Source: Candidatus Poribacteria bacterium (GTDB taxonomy: Bacteria > Poribacteria > WGA-4E > PCPOR2b). From it: DNA of 64,000 bases. The notes beneath the pieces are model-generated. The model made no database searches, was not told the DNA's origin, and worked only from the letters and a program-made list of their open reading frames with translations. How positions within the stretch are numbered: the first letter of the stretch is position 1; every line of letters begins with the position of its first letter. The translations under genes and the position numbers were made by a program. The stretch lies in the NCBI GenBank assembly GCA_965215015.1, contig OZ244042.1:4864001-4928000 (forward strand), in the 5' to 3' direction. Positions 10,564 through 21,162 of the stretch are shown here, piece by piece.

Positions 10564-11019
10564 TTACTTGATAATGCCAACAATCTTATCACGGTTCGTT
10601 TCTATCAGTTCTCGCTGTTCGGGCCAAAATATTGCAGGGAGTGCCCCGATTGGATACCACGCCAGTTCGTAGTGATGCTCTACATCGGTTGGAGTGCCTT
10701 CCACCTGCCCTGTGAGAAAAAGGAAATAGTGAGTTGTAATCCAGCAAACTTTGTCATACGAGAGTCGCGCTCGTATGCCGAGTTTTTCAATCAGCATTAG
10801 TGAGGATAAGCCTGCCTCCTCTTCGATTTCCCTACGAGCCGCCTCTTCTAAACTTTCGCCGGGTTCGACACCGCCCTTTGGTAAGACGCGCTCCGTAAGT
10901 CCAAATTCCCCAACAAGAGCGACATAAATTTGTCTATCCGCTACCCGCGCGACTACACCGCCCGCAGAGGTTCGATCACTAACGCCGGGCGGGCGTTTAT
11001 ACCAACTTTCATCAATCAT
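10564..11019 (-). CDS. NUDIX hydrolase
   Basis: Nudix box LPKGGVEPGESLEEAARREIEEEAGL; overlaps the 3' end of lpxB. Confidence 0.93.
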   Translation of the reverse strand: MIDESWYKRPPGVSDRTSAGGVVARVADRQIYVALVGEFGLTERVLPKGGVEPGESLEEAARREIEEEAGLSSLMLIEKLGIRARLSYDKVCWITTHYFLFLTGQVEGTPTDVEHHYELAWYPIGALPAIFWPEQRELIETNRDKIVGIIK

Positions 11020-12145
11020 TTAACTCTCCTCGTTTGATGTGGCTCAGTATCAACTGAGCGGTTCGCTTCGCTGCACCGGGCTTCCCCAGCTGTTCATACA
11101 CCCAACGGAGGCGTTCTTGCTGCGCTTCTCGCTTTCTGGGGTTCTGCAATAATTCAAGGGCGATCGGTGTGATCCGTTTTGCTGTCACCTGATCTTGGAG
11201 CAGTTCTGGAACAATTTCGCGCCCTGCGATGACATTGGGCAATCCGCTCAGTTCTAGCTTAACGAGGGCTCTGAGGATATGCCACGATAATCTTGACATC
11301 GTATAAACCACAATCATCGGAGTGCCTAAGCAAGCCGCTTCAAGGGTCGCCGTGCCTGACGCAATCAACATCAAATCTGATGCACGCATCGCTTCATATG
11401 CGCTGCCTTCTACAACGCTGACCAACGGCATCTCCGGCAGCGTCGCCGAATCAATACCGGACGCGAGTGGAAGGACAAATTGGCAGCCTGACACAACCTG
11501 ATGTATCTGATCTGCGACCTCCAACATTACCGGTAGAATGCGGTCAACCTCTCGACGGCGGCTGCCGGGCATTAGTCCAAGCACAGGACAATCTGTGTCC
11601 AAACCGAGTATACCACGTGCTTCCGCGCAACTCAGATCGGTTCGGGCAAAGTCCAACAACGGATGTCCAACAAACTCGACATTTGCCCCTGCCTCCCGAT
11701 AAAATTCTGCTGCAAACGGGAAGATTGACGCGACAGCAGTTGTTGTCTTGGCAATCTTTTTCGCACGGTTCGGGCGCCATGCCCACGCCTTGGGGGGAAT
11801 ATAGTAGATGACCGGAATCCCCAGACCATGTGCAAAGCGCGCCAAAGGCATATTGAAATCGCCGAAATCGACCAATACCACGGCGTCAGGACGCTCCACA
11901 CGAATCAGATATTTGAGATGTTTACGCTTTTTCAGGAACGCAGGGATGGCGGTAAACACTTCGCCAATTCCTATCACCGCAGAGTCGCGGATATGATAGG
12001 TGAGTTCGACCCCCACTTCCTCCATCAAATCGCCTCCCATGCCCACAATCTCTAAATCGGGGGCAATCTCTTTGAGTTCAGCAGCCACACGGGAGGCTTG
12101 GAGATCTCCGGACGGTTCGCCGGCGATAATCATAATTGTTGGCAT
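11012..12145 (-). CDS. lpxB: Lipid-A-disaccharide synthase
   Basis: IAGEPSGD, YYIPPKAWAWR, FVGHPL, LMPGSRRREV, ASGTATLE, LPNVIA..IVPELLQ. Confidence 0.96.
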   Translation of the reverse strand: MPTIMIIAGEPSGDLQASRVAAELKEIAPDLEIVGMGGDLMEEVGVELTYHIRDSAVIGIGEVFTAIPAFLKKRKHLKYLIRVERPDAVVLVDFGDFNMPLARFAHGLGIPVIYYIPPKAWAWRPNRAKKIAKTTTAVASIFPFAAEFYREAGANVEFVGHPLLDFARTDLSCAEARGILGLDTDCPVLGLMPGSRRREVDRILPVMLEVADQIHQVVSGCQFVLPLASGIDSATLPEMPLVSVVEGSAYEAMRASDLMLIASGTATLEAACLGTPMIVVYTMSRLSWHILRALVKLELSGLPNVIAGREIVPELLQDQVTAKRITPIALELLQNPRKREAQQERLRWVYEQLGKPGAAKRTAQLILSHIKRGELND

Positions 12146-12281
12146 GGTAGTGAGTGAGGCGCGAAAGGTGAAAAAGAAGTATATCTTGAGGCATCGTTCC
12201 AGTCATACAATCAACGATTACCTTGTACGCAGGCGATATGCTCCTCCGGTAAGCCTCCTTTTCTCCAATTAACTCGTCAGT

Positions 12282-15032
12282 TCAGTCATCCAATTCGCAG
12301 ATATTATCAAAGATACGATTCCACTGTCCTCCATCAACGTGATACCGTGCGACCTCGTTGTCCAAATAGTCATAAAACCCAACTTCGATTCCATCGGCTG
12401 AATGACTCCACCTGGCTTGATTGGCGAATTCCGTTACTGAAAATCCCTCTGCGGTTTCAACAGATTCCCAAACCTTTTCTTCGTCGATCCAATCGTAGCC
12501 CTCGGCCCTGAGCAACTCTTTGATTGCATAAGTGCCATTTCCACGACCTCTCCTCTGCTTGCCTACCCTGATAGTTATTGACCATTCTAGTCTAGTGAGT
12601 CCCATACTCCTTTCTAAATCCTCAAGAAATGGTGAGAAATTATTTGTCTTAGTTAGGATGAACAAATTTTCCACAGCCCGGGTCAGTGCTACATAAAAGA
12701 GGCGACGTTCCTCATCGACAACACTCTCAACACTGTCGCCAAAAACGCGGGTAAAAATTAAATTGGGGTGTATTAACGGGTAACACCTAGAAACGGCATC
12801 AAGTACGATAACAACATCTTCCTGAAGCCCTTTGTACTTGTGGGTCGTTGATATAGTGACCCTCTCCGCTAGTTCGTTAGGAAGCCGAGCGCGTAATAAT
12901 TCAAGAAAACGATCAAGTCCACTTTCGCTTGATGAATTACCTTGATCGCTATAATTTATATCCCAGGGCAGACTCAGACTATTCGTCCGGCTGAGCAAGA
13001 CAACGCTTTTGTCATCTTTGATGACTTGGTTCACTAAGCGTAATACGGCAGGTGTTAAATTATCGCCGGGGTTTTCTTCTCTTTCTTGGCGGGTTGGTTT
13101 AAATGTGCCCAGGTCTGCAATCACGACTTTTCCTGCTTTATCTGTGTGGGCACGAGCGGGTTTACCCAATTCCCTCATCAATTTGTTGCCGACATTGACA
13201 ATCGCGCGAGTCGAGCGATAATTTGTAACGATGTGACGTTTGCGAGAATCCTCAAAATATTGTTCAAAGTTTTGGAAAAAGCGAAGATCGGAACCAGCAA
13301 AGCCGTTAATTGCCTGCCAGTCGTCACCAACGCAGAAAAAGCGTGCACGGGGGTTCTGTCCTCGAACGGCCTCCATCAAACGATAGAAAAGTTCCGAAAA
13401 ATCTTGATATTCATCAATGAGCACATACCGAATCTGTTCCAGGTTACCATACCGAATCTGTCCAGTGTCAGATCTATACCGACGAAATACAATTTTACCC
13501 TCCGCAACGCGTTCTGAAGCTTTTTGCATTAGTCCATCAAAATCATCGTCTCCTGTTGCTTGAAGACATTCCAAATAAGACCTATAAAAGACCTGTGCAA
13601 GACCCAAGAAATCCTGCTCGACATCGCTGTCACAATCGTGATTGTTTACCCTTTCAGAGAGTTGCCCTGAAGTCAGGGAGAGCTTTCGGCAGCGTTTTAT
13701 AAATCCCACAGTAACTTCGGTAAGGCGATCTATCGCACGGCCTTCGATCCGACGCCATATCTCCTCCTCGCTGAGCCGATTGCACGGAATTTCGCAAGCT
13801 TCGAGTTCTTGTCTCAGTAAAGTATAAAAACCCTCTACTCTATTACTTGTCAGGTGATTGGGAGAAAATTCAAGTAGTTTCCAGTTAGGTTCGTTTCGCC
13901 AATAGTTGCGCTTTTGCTCTGACATAGCATCGTAATCAGCGTCACCTTCGAGCCCAAAGTATTCAATAACTACCCCACGGTTGTCTCCAATCGTAAAGTC
14001 CGGACGGTAATTGATACCGTCCCGCCGAAAATTTCGCTCATATCTGTATTTGATGTCGTGCTCAAACAGGAAATCAGCGATGATTTTTTCTCCAAACGAT
14101 TTTACATATCTTCCATCAAGACTTTCCCGAGACAGTGAGCGGCGATAAGACAACATATCTTCGGGGGTTCTATCGTGCTCCCCTAAAACGATGCGGTCCC
14201 AATCGCCACGAAAGTATGCCACCATCAAGGCACGGATCCGATCGTAGTAATGAGGATCGCGCAGGTGTTGATCAATCACGGCCTGCACAGCGCGGCTTTG
14301 GCTTTGTTCACCCTCGGGCTCGTCGCGAAGAATTCTTCCAGGATGAACCAAGGCATAAGCCAATTTGTGAAAAGTCATTACGTGGGGAATAGAATTTCGT
14401 AAGTATGAGGCAAGGCGCGCTCCCATCTCCTCTGCCGCCTTACGGTTGAAGGCTAGAAGTAACATCTCATCAGGTGCTACGCCGCAGTGCTGCTGAAAGA
14501 ACAATGCACGATTGACCAAAGTGGCCGTTTTACCGCTACCGGCGCGCGCCACAACCTTCACGTTACCTTCAACAGTCCCAATCGCTGCCTCCTGTTCAGC
14601 GTCTGGCTTGGGGCCTTTGAGATCTAAACAATTTTCTGCCCAAGAATGTACATAATTGATTTTTTCAGTGTCATACTCTTCAGACGATATGTGATCAGTA
14701 CACCAGCCCTGGTAGAAGCTGTAAGCCTCGAGGAAGTTTTGTTCAAAAAGTTCCCGTAGCTTCTCAAGCCAGGATTGCCTTTCTCTTTCACTTTGAATTA
14801 GTTCTGGCAGATTTTGCCAACCTTCTGTACCAAGTTCCTTACGAAGTTCCCTTTTTGTCCGCGCGAGCAACGGCCATGACCAATTCGGAAAATCCTCTGG
14901 GATAAGTTCCTCTTCTATTTGAATGAGTGCCTTTCCCCTTAGTCTTGGTGCTAATTCTTCAAGCGTATCCCAACCGAAATGCCTTACGAGTTCCTCAAGA
15001 GGTTGTGCTGTCCTGGAGTCTAGGTTTATCAC
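12282..15032 (-). CDS. UvrD/HelD-like SF1 DNA helicase with inserted nuclease-like domain
   Basis: ARAGSGKT, LAFNRKAAEEM, LIDEYQD, VGDDWQAINGFAGSD, NYRS, HKYKGLQ, EERRLFYVALTRA. Confidence 0.9.
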   Translation of the reverse strand: MINLDSRTAQPLEELVRHFGWDTLEELAPRLRGKALIQIEEELIPEDFPNWSWPLLARTKRELRKELGTEGWQNLPELIQSERERQSWLEKLRELFEQNFLEAYSFYQGWCTDHISSEEYDTEKINYVHSWAENCLDLKGPKPDAEQEAAIGTVEGNVKVVARAGSGKTATLVNRALFFQQHCGVAPDEMLLLAFNRKAAEEMGARLASYLRNSIPHVMTFHKLAYALVHPGRILRDEPEGEQSQSRAVQAVIDQHLRDPHYYDRIRALMVAYFRGDWDRIVLGEHDRTPEDMLSYRRSLSRESLDGRYVKSFGEKIIADFLFEHDIKYRYERNFRRDGINYRPDFTIGDNRGVVIEYFGLEGDADYDAMSEQKRNYWRNEPNWKLLEFSPNHLTSNRVEGFYTLLRQELEACEIPCNRLSEEEIWRRIEGRAIDRLTEVTVGFIKRCRKLSLTSGQLSERVNNHDCDSDVEQDFLGLAQVFYRSYLECLQATGDDDFDGLMQKASERVAEGKIVFRRYRSDTGQIRYGNLEQIRYVLIDEYQDFSELFYRLMEAVRGQNPRARFFCVGDDWQAINGFAGSDLRFFQNFEQYFEDSRKRHIVTNYRSTRAIVNVGNKLMRELGKPARAHTDKAGKVVIADLGTFKPTRQEREENPGDNLTPAVLRLVNQVIKDDKSVVLLSRTNSLSLPWDINYSDQGNSSSESGLDRFLELLRARLPNELAERVTISTTHKYKGLQEDVVIVLDAVSRCYPLIHPNLIFTRVFGDSVESVVDEERRLFYVALTRAVENLFILTKTNNFSPFLEDLERSMGLTRLEWSITIRVGKQRRGRGNGTYAIKELLRAEGYDWIDEEKVWESVETAEGFSVTEFANQARWSHSADGIEVGFYDYLDNEVARYHVDGGQWNRIFDNICELDD

Positions 15033-15272
15033 ATCAGTTTCCTTTCTATCGGCTTAGTATCTGAAAGATTGGTTATTGCTAATTCTGTTTTCATTGATTT
15101 GAGTTTCTGCAACACAACGCTGACAGAATGTCCACGGCCGTTGGAAAGTAACGAGCATGACTCTATAGCGGCCAGCGATTCAATCTCTTAACACTGTTAC
15201 GGCACTGTTAGCTAAGGGAGCAGCGATTGTTGCTTTTATCACATTGTGTTTAAGGTGTTCACACTGTTTTTT

Positions 15273-18200
15273 TCACTCATCAGCGGCGGTTTGCGTCAAA
15301 TATCCGTCAATAATCTTCTCCGGTATCTCCTGCCTGCTCCCAGTATGACCAAGGACCACGGGGGTATATTGAATTGGTACCGATACCTGCGGGATTGTTT
15401 CAACCGTCAGCAGGTAATCGCCGATCTCCATTTCCTGAACCATTACGGGACTAGATGCCAACTGCTTAAATTGGTTGTCGTAAAGCTTGGCATCCAATCG
15501 ATCGCTCTCCGTACGGATGCCGACGCCCACCTTTCCCTTCACCGTAACATTAAACGCGAAAACTTGGATCTCACCGGGACGAATTAACCGGGGACTGTCA
15601 AATGCGGTATCGAGCGGCTTTGGGAAAATCTTGAGCAAGCGGATATCTCCCGCCTGCGCTGTTCCTCTCAATGGTCGTGTCCAAAGCTGATAAGCTCCCG
15701 CTGGCAAAAAATAACGAAGCTGCCGACCTTTACTACTGCCAACGCTTGTAGTCAACACCTTTTGATCTAATAATAGTGCCGTTACCCCGGGTGCGTCGAC
15801 ATCAGCGATGATATAAGCAGGGCACTCCAAACCGAACCTCCAACGCTGCGAGCGGTTCGCTAATGTCGCGAGTCCATCCGAAAGCCCTTTCACTCTGCGG
15901 GGCTTCTTGCCCATAAAAGCCCAATCTTTCTCCTGCGGCTTGGCTTCCCAAACCTTGACATAACCGGGTCCGTATGAAAGTTCGAGTATCCCCCGTGCCC
16001 GGTTTGCTTGAAAACGCTCACCTTCACGGATAATCCCATCGTTTCCTACGAGTCGCCCCTTCACCATATCCCCTGCGACAAAGAGTTCTTTCTGATCTTT
16101 TACCTCCTTGATCAACAGCGACATGGTACCTGCTTCGGCGAAAACATCTTCAAAACCCTGTTTTGAGTCAAATTTCTGCACGGTCTCCGCAGATTCTCTC
16201 TGCTTCTCAATGCGGAATAACCCTGCTGCGTCGCCCCGGTTGACGATGAATAGCTCTCCACCGGGGACCGTGATTAGCCGCTGGGTATTGCCGTGTGCGG
16301 CAACGAGCGACACCGTCTGTTTCCCATCCCATACAAACGCAACCAAGCCTCTAGTAAGCAGTAGATTATAAGTTTGACGGGATTTATCCAGTACAAATGC
16401 CTTGGCACTGCCGGGTTGGAGTGGTCCCTCATAGGAGAGCGTTTTGCCAAACTTTATCCGTTCTTTCTGCTGAAAAGTGTGTGTGCTGAGATGTACTTTC
16501 TCCGTCTCGATCGTTTCGCGTGTTTGCCAGATTTTAGCGCGGTATTTTCCTTTGCTTGGCACCGCTGCCACTGTTTTCGATGGTGCCATCCCCATCCCAC
16601 CCCAGTGAAATTTTGACCTAAACCGATCTTCAGAGATATAAGTCATCGCACCAATCTGATCCCCGATAGAGTCTACTTCCAGCAACAAGGGGCCATCGGC
16701 ATCGTTTACCAAATCGAAGGCGAACGGCAGTTGCCCCAATTCAACCGTCCTAATCGTCCCGGTTGCCAGCGCAAAGGGTTCGAGGGTAAGGTGCTGAGTC
16801 TTCTCATAAGGACTTAAGATTAGCCAGCCGCGTCCATTATCCATCACTACCGGTGCGTCCATCACAGTTTCAAAGGGGTGCTCTAGTGTAGACGAGAACT
16901 GCAGCAGCGCACCAGTGCTCTCCCGTGCCCAATAACTGCTCTGATTAGCGTCGGTTAATTCCAATGCGATCGGTTCAGCGTACGGAGGCCACAGGAGTTC
17001 AGTTTGTCCACGCAAAACGGAGACAGGTTTGGGCATAACAGGAGCGACATCTAGCGTCACTTCCCCTGCAAAATCTCCCAATCTCCACACCAAAATCTGA
17101 TAAGAGGTCTCCGCTTGTAAAGGGATATAGAACCTTGAGGATTGAGTGGCATCGAATTTCCCTTCGTACAATGTGTGGGCGCCCTTCAGCAAAGCAACAC
17201 CCAATTTGCCCATCCCATTTCTGTCCGGGGACGGAAAGGCATTAACACTGACCCCTACAAGGATGTTAGCGTTATCAATCCTGAAGGGAACAGCTAACAC
17301 TTTCTCCCCAAGATTTTCCTCCACCGTAAACGGTGGAAAGCCGCGTTCAGGGAGAGCGTACTGCTCGCGGGATTTCATCGTGACGTGAACCGTGCCGTAA
17401 TTGCGCCCAACAGGTACTAACTTCAGGAGATAGCGTCCGGGAGCCAATCGTTGGGAGATACGGAAATTCCAATCGTTCGGCATATCATCATTCTGCGCCA
17501 AAAGCCGAGTGCCGGTTTCATCCCATAGACTAGCCTTCACATCGGTTGGACCAAAGCTGAAGATATCGACAATTCCGGGTTGTCCCAGACGGACGATTAG
17601 ATCGGCTGGTAGACTAACAGACTGGCGCAATCCGGGGATGAGCTGAGACGTTTCTACTCGCAGGGTGTAAGGTAAGAGATTATCTTCTCTAACACTCTTC
17701 ACTGCAATCTCATACTGGCCCGGTTGGAGCGTATCCTGCCATGTGCTGTCCCCTGCTATTATCCTTCCGTCATCCGCCCCCCCACGGAGGCGAATAATTC
17801 CCTCCATTCCACCGCTTAGGTTGATTGTCACATCAACGGGTGCTGTGATTTCTGTTGCGAATATGTCCGGCGGCCCGCCCTCCTCTTCCCGCCACATCAT
17901 TTTAACCGTTTCGTTGAAAGGGATAGGATGGGGACCCTTACCGACGCGTTCCTGTTTCTCAGTGATTCGCGTCAAGGTGGTAATTCGTGTAGATTCGACC
18001 GGCAATGGTAAGGAGTAGTAGTAGTAAACCCCCGGCTCGAAATGTTGGGCCGCTATTTTCTTACCTCCAGGCTTGGTCAGAGGCCACTCCTCTTTGTCCT
18101 CTAAGCGATTGGCGAAATTCTTACCAAGACCAAGGGTTCGTAGGTCGTATCGGCCGGATTCGTCAATTGTCAATGTGTATCGGAGGGCAACGTCCGGTTT

Positions 18201-20465
18201 TAGGTGTGCTTTTTTAACCGCTCCGGCTGTAAGTCCTTCCTCTAGGTGAAGGGGTATCCGACGTAGGTGGCTTCCTGCCCGTCCGCGGGACTGCCCTTGC
18301 GTTTGTACGGTGACCTGATACACACCGGGTCTAAGATACTGCTGTACCAAAGCGTTGCGTCCGATGCCATTCTGCTTGGCGGTAAACAATTCAGTAATAA
18401 GTGCTGTCCGCACCGTCAACTGAGTCGCGAGGCGTCCACTCGTCTCCAAACGGTAAAGGCTCGGCTTCTCTACGATAAGGGTGAAATGCTGCTTTTGCTT
18501 GCGCTCAAAATTGGCATATAGCGGTTTCTGTTCGGTGAGCTGTGGAAATGACTTGGGTTGCTTTAACCGATTCTTTAGGTCCTCCAATGTCAATTCTGAA
18601 GGCGGCTCGGCGGGAATCGTCTTTAAGGTAAAGAGCGTTGTATCTGTCCCTGCGTTTTCCAGGTTTAACCTATGCGAGCCGGGCGATAGAATCGAATTAG
18701 GGGACAACGTACGTCCTTCTGCGGTCAAAAGGATGGGGGTTTCTTTGTCCCTTTCAATAACAAGGGTGGACCGCTGACTGACACTAATAGAAACCGGGGC
18801 CGATTGCCCTGGGTTCAGGATTATAGGCAGTGGTTCGCTTAAATCCATTGGCAACGGGCGAATGATTATCCCTGTGGCGACATTGTGCCGATGATTCAGC
18901 CGGAGCGTATATTGTCCGCGGTATTGGGGTAGGGTGACTTCGGGCAGCAATAGGCTCTGTTTTCGAGCAGCTAAGGAAAGCGTCTGGAAATCAGTTGCCT
19001 CCGCATCCTTTTGGCGTAATATAAAAGAAAGAATCCCCTTCAATTCATCGGGTCGTATCGTGAGTTTATAGAAGCCTTGAGTGAGGGTCAAGGCTGTACC
19101 CGGCGACTGAAATGGCGGAGATTGGTAGTTTCTGGGATAGCTCACCATAAAGGGTTCTATCCGGTAACGCCCCCTTGCCCCAGAAGCCTCGTCCTCCTCA
19201 ATCACATAGGTGCCAGCGTCTTCTAACTTGAGAAACAAACTGGTTTCACTCAACAGATTGAATTTCCCCGTAACCAGAGGTGTGTTTAATCCAACGTGCA
19301 CTATCTGTGAATCCACCGGCGTCTGCTGCTCCGGATGGCTAAGAATTCCCGTAACATCGATAGCGTCGCGCCCCTCTACCGAATGCAGGGAGGAAATCCA
19401 GTAATCACCTCTTTTTTGAGAAAAAGAGAAGGTATCCCTTTGGGCGGGGAAATAGGTCAGAACGACTCGGTCGCCGGGAGTTCCCTGAACGGTGACCCAC
19501 TTTTTTTGTTTCCTATCTGATGTCCGAACAACCGCCGAAGGGGTTCGGGATTCCTTTGTAATGGATACCCAATCCCTACCACCATGCCGGTGGCTTACCC
19601 TATGGCTCCACCTCTTCACCGATAATGTTGTCGCTTTTTTATCTGCCCGCGAGATTTGGAAGAAGTCAGTTTTCGCCGGGGAGACATAAGCGTCCCGACC
19701 GAAAGGGGAAAGTGTGATAATCTGCTTGCCACTTGCGCCCAGTTCGCGGTATCCCATACGCAGAAAAAAGGGGTACGCCCCCGAATCATCAGTCCACGCC
19801 GGTGTTGCGCCACCATAAAATGTCAGCCGGTATATCCCCGGGTTGAGGTCATGATAAAATTCCGCGTAGCCCATCGGTTGACCGCTGACCGGCTCATAGG
19901 TTGAGAATCTAGGCTTTATATCCTCAAGCCAAATCCCGTCACGCCACAAACCGCAATCTTTGAGGTTTCGCCCGATTGCCTCCAGTCGCAGAACCCGCCG
20001 CTTTTTAAGATGCAGCCAGAACGACTGTTGTTGCAAATCTCCCAGCGAGCCGCTTTCAATCTGACGGGTATCAAGTGAGAGGAGTTTGTCGGACGATCCA
20101 ATCTCCACAAATGGGTGTGCAGCCAGTTTCAATGTGCCCACACCTTCTTTATGAGACTGCAAGCGGATTTTATAAATACCCTTGTCCAGTAGCAGGTCAA
20201 GGCGTCCATCCTGCTCACCCGCGCTTCCCGCGGTAGCGAAAGGGCCCGCCATCCGGTCCACAATTTCGATTTCCGTGCCCTGATTGCTTTGGGCTTGTAA
20301 ACTATAGCGGCCCGGAATAGTGATGTGAAGCAGTGTTTCGTTCAGCCCGTGGGCAGCAAATTCAGTTTGACCTAGATGCGGCAATCCCTCCTGTCCAAAA
20401 ACCGAAGCCGAAAGGGTCATACCGACAAAAATGAGCCCCAGTGTTCTCCACGTTTTCCCTAACAT
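15273..20465 (-). CDS. Large exported multi-beta-sandwich protein (~1730 aa), function unknown
   Basis: ATG at 20465 with ggag RBS, then signal peptide MLGKTWRTLGLIFVGMTLSASVFG; recurring PGxY/GxY modules; the 39 extra N-terminal residues in the ORF track are transposase remnant. Confidence 0.75.
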   Translation of the reverse strand: MLGKTWRTLGLIFVGMTLSASVFGQEGLPHLGQTEFAAHGLNETLLHITIPGRYSLQAQSNQGTEIEIVDRMAGPFATAGSAGEQDGRLDLLLDKGIYKIRLQSHKEGVGTLKLAAHPFVEIGSSDKLLSLDTRQIESGSLGDLQQQSFWLHLKKRRVLRLEAIGRNLKDCGLWRDGIWLEDIKPRFSTYEPVSGQPMGYAEFYHDLNPGIYRLTFYGGATPAWTDDSGAYPFFLRMGYRELGASGKQIITLSPFGRDAYVSPAKTDFFQISRADKKATTLSVKRWSHRVSHRHGGRDWVSITKESRTPSAVVRTSDRKQKKWVTVQGTPGDRVVLTYFPAQRDTFSFSQKRGDYWISSLHSVEGRDAIDVTGILSHPEQQTPVDSQIVHVGLNTPLVTGKFNLLSETSLFLKLEDAGTYVIEEDEASGARGRYRIEPFMVSYPRNYQSPPFQSPGTALTLTQGFYKLTIRPDELKGILSFILRQKDAEATDFQTLSLAARKQSLLLPEVTLPQYRGQYTLRLNHRHNVATGIIIRPLPMDLSEPLPIILNPGQSAPVSISVSQRSTLVIERDKETPILLTAEGRTLSPNSILSPGSHRLNLENAGTDTTLFTLKTIPAEPPSELTLEDLKNRLKQPKSFPQLTEQKPLYANFERKQKQHFTLIVEKPSLYRLETSGRLATQLTVRTALITELFTAKQNGIGRNALVQQYLRPGVYQVTVQTQGQSRGRAGSHLRRIPLHLEEGLTAGAVKKAHLKPDVALRYTLTIDESGRYDLRTLGLGKNFANRLEDKEEWPLTKPGGKKIAAQHFEPGVYYYYSLPLPVESTRITTLTRITEKQERVGKGPHPIPFNETVKMMWREEEGGPPDIFATEITAPVDVTINLSGGMEGIIRLRGGADDGRIIAGDSTWQDTLQPGQYEIAVKSVREDNLLPYTLRVETSQLIPGLRQSVSLPADLIVRLGQPGIVDIFSFGPTDVKASLWDETGTRLLAQNDDMPNDWNFRISQRLAPGRYLLKLVPVGRNYGTVHVTMKSREQYALPERGFPPFTVEENLGEKVLAVPFRIDNANILVGVSVNAFPSPDRNGMGKLGVALLKGAHTLYEGKFDATQSSRFYIPLQAETSYQILVWRLGDFAGEVTLDVAPVMPKPVSVLRGQTELLWPPYAEPIALELTDANQSSYWARESTGALLQFSSTLEHPFETVMDAPVVMDNGRGWLILSPYEKTQHLTLEPFALATGTIRTVELGQLPFAFDLVNDADGPLLLEVDSIGDQIGAMTYISEDRFRSKFHWGGMGMAPSKTVAAVPSKGKYRAKIWQTRETIETEKVHLSTHTFQQKERIKFGKTLSYEGPLQPGSAKAFVLDKSRQTYNLLLTRGLVAFVWDGKQTVSLVAAHGNTQRLITVPGGELFIVNRGDAAGLFRIEKQRESAETVQKFDSKQGFEDVFAEAGTMSLLIKEVKDQKELFVAGDMVKGRLVGNDGIIREGERFQANRARGILELSYGPGYVKVWEAKPQEKDWAFMGKKPRRVKGLSDGLATLANRSQRWRFGLECPAYIIADVDAPGVTALLLDQKVLTTSVGSSKGRQLRYFLPAGAYQLWTRPLRGTAQAGDIRLLKIFPKPLDTAFDSPRLIRPGEIQVFAFNVTVKGKVGVGIRTESDRLDAKLYDNQFKQLASSPVMVQEMEIGDYLLTVETIPQVSVPIQYTPVVLGHTGSRQEIPEKIIDGYLTQTAADE

Positions 20466-20474
20466 GTCGTTGCT

Positions 20475-20751
20475 CCAATTAACGGGTTCCATTGTTTGTG
20501 CATACGGTTTATCAAGGGTGGAGTCGCCTATGACCAAAACCCCTTGGTCCTTTTTGACATAAGGCGATGCTTTTTGCCACAACAGTTATCAATTAGGATT
20601 CAGTCGATACAGCAATTGATTTCAGCGAGTCATGAACGAGTGGGTTGTTGTTGGGAGTGCGGACTCTGGCTGCCTCTGTACAGCTGTAATATCTGGGCGT
20701 GGCAACCAGAAAGTTGATATAATCATAGGCAGTGCATTTAGCTGGATTCAT
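20475..20751 (-). pseudogene. IS701-family transposase N-terminal remnant
   Basis: MNPAKCTAYDYINFLVATPRYYSCTEAARV..HDSL, then frameshifted LWQKASPYVKKDQGVLVIGDSTLDKPYA..WS, matching the IS701-type N-terminus. Confidence 0.8.
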
Positions 20752-20758
20752 AGACTGT

Positions 20759-20854
20759 TAGGAGTTACACATTTCAGTTCATAGTAGCCCGTTCGTATGG
20801 TTCTCCCCTGCTTGCGGGGGAGTTAGAGGGGGTATAGTCAAGTGCCTAACTCCC
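20759..20854. mobile_element. Short MITE-like element, same terminal repeat family as 10251-10556
   Basis: taggagttacacatttca ... tcaagtgcctaactccc ends enclosing ctcccctgcttgcgggggagttagagggg. Confidence 0.55.
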
Positions 20855-20931
20855 TCACTTACCCCCATTTTTTTTTGGTGTGTCATGTTGGTTGTTTTTG
20901 CGGGGTATAGATGTGAGAAATTGTTGCCGCG

Positions 20932-21153
20932 GTGCCGTTCCGGCGCCGGGCGCTTCCTATCTACTGGCACCTCTACACCGATGCTGAGATTCAACAGTTG
21001 ACCTATACCCGCCATAATGAGATTATCCAACGCTTTTGTCTGACACTGTATCAAAAGACGCAAGCGATTTTACCGCCCCCGTGTGAACCGACGTTGATAT
21101 TCGATAGAGGCTTTGCGCGTGCTAAATATGTGATAAAGTTTCTCAAGGCATAA
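20932..21153 (+). pseudogene. IS4-like DDE transposase fragment
   Basis: RRRALPIYW ... TLIFDRGF..KFL resembles the DDE core of IS4-group transposases; truncated at both ends. Confidence 0.6.
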
Positions 21154-21162
21154 CCTAAAAAA

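Noticed and set aside
15160-15270. Three cactgtt direct repeats upstream of the helicase
   Set aside because: Short and irregularly spaced; could be an operator but cannot be supported.
20466-20582. ORF-track N-terminus of the 1769-aa protein
   Set aside because: It is IS701 transposase sequence; the RBS and signal peptide point to ATG 20465.
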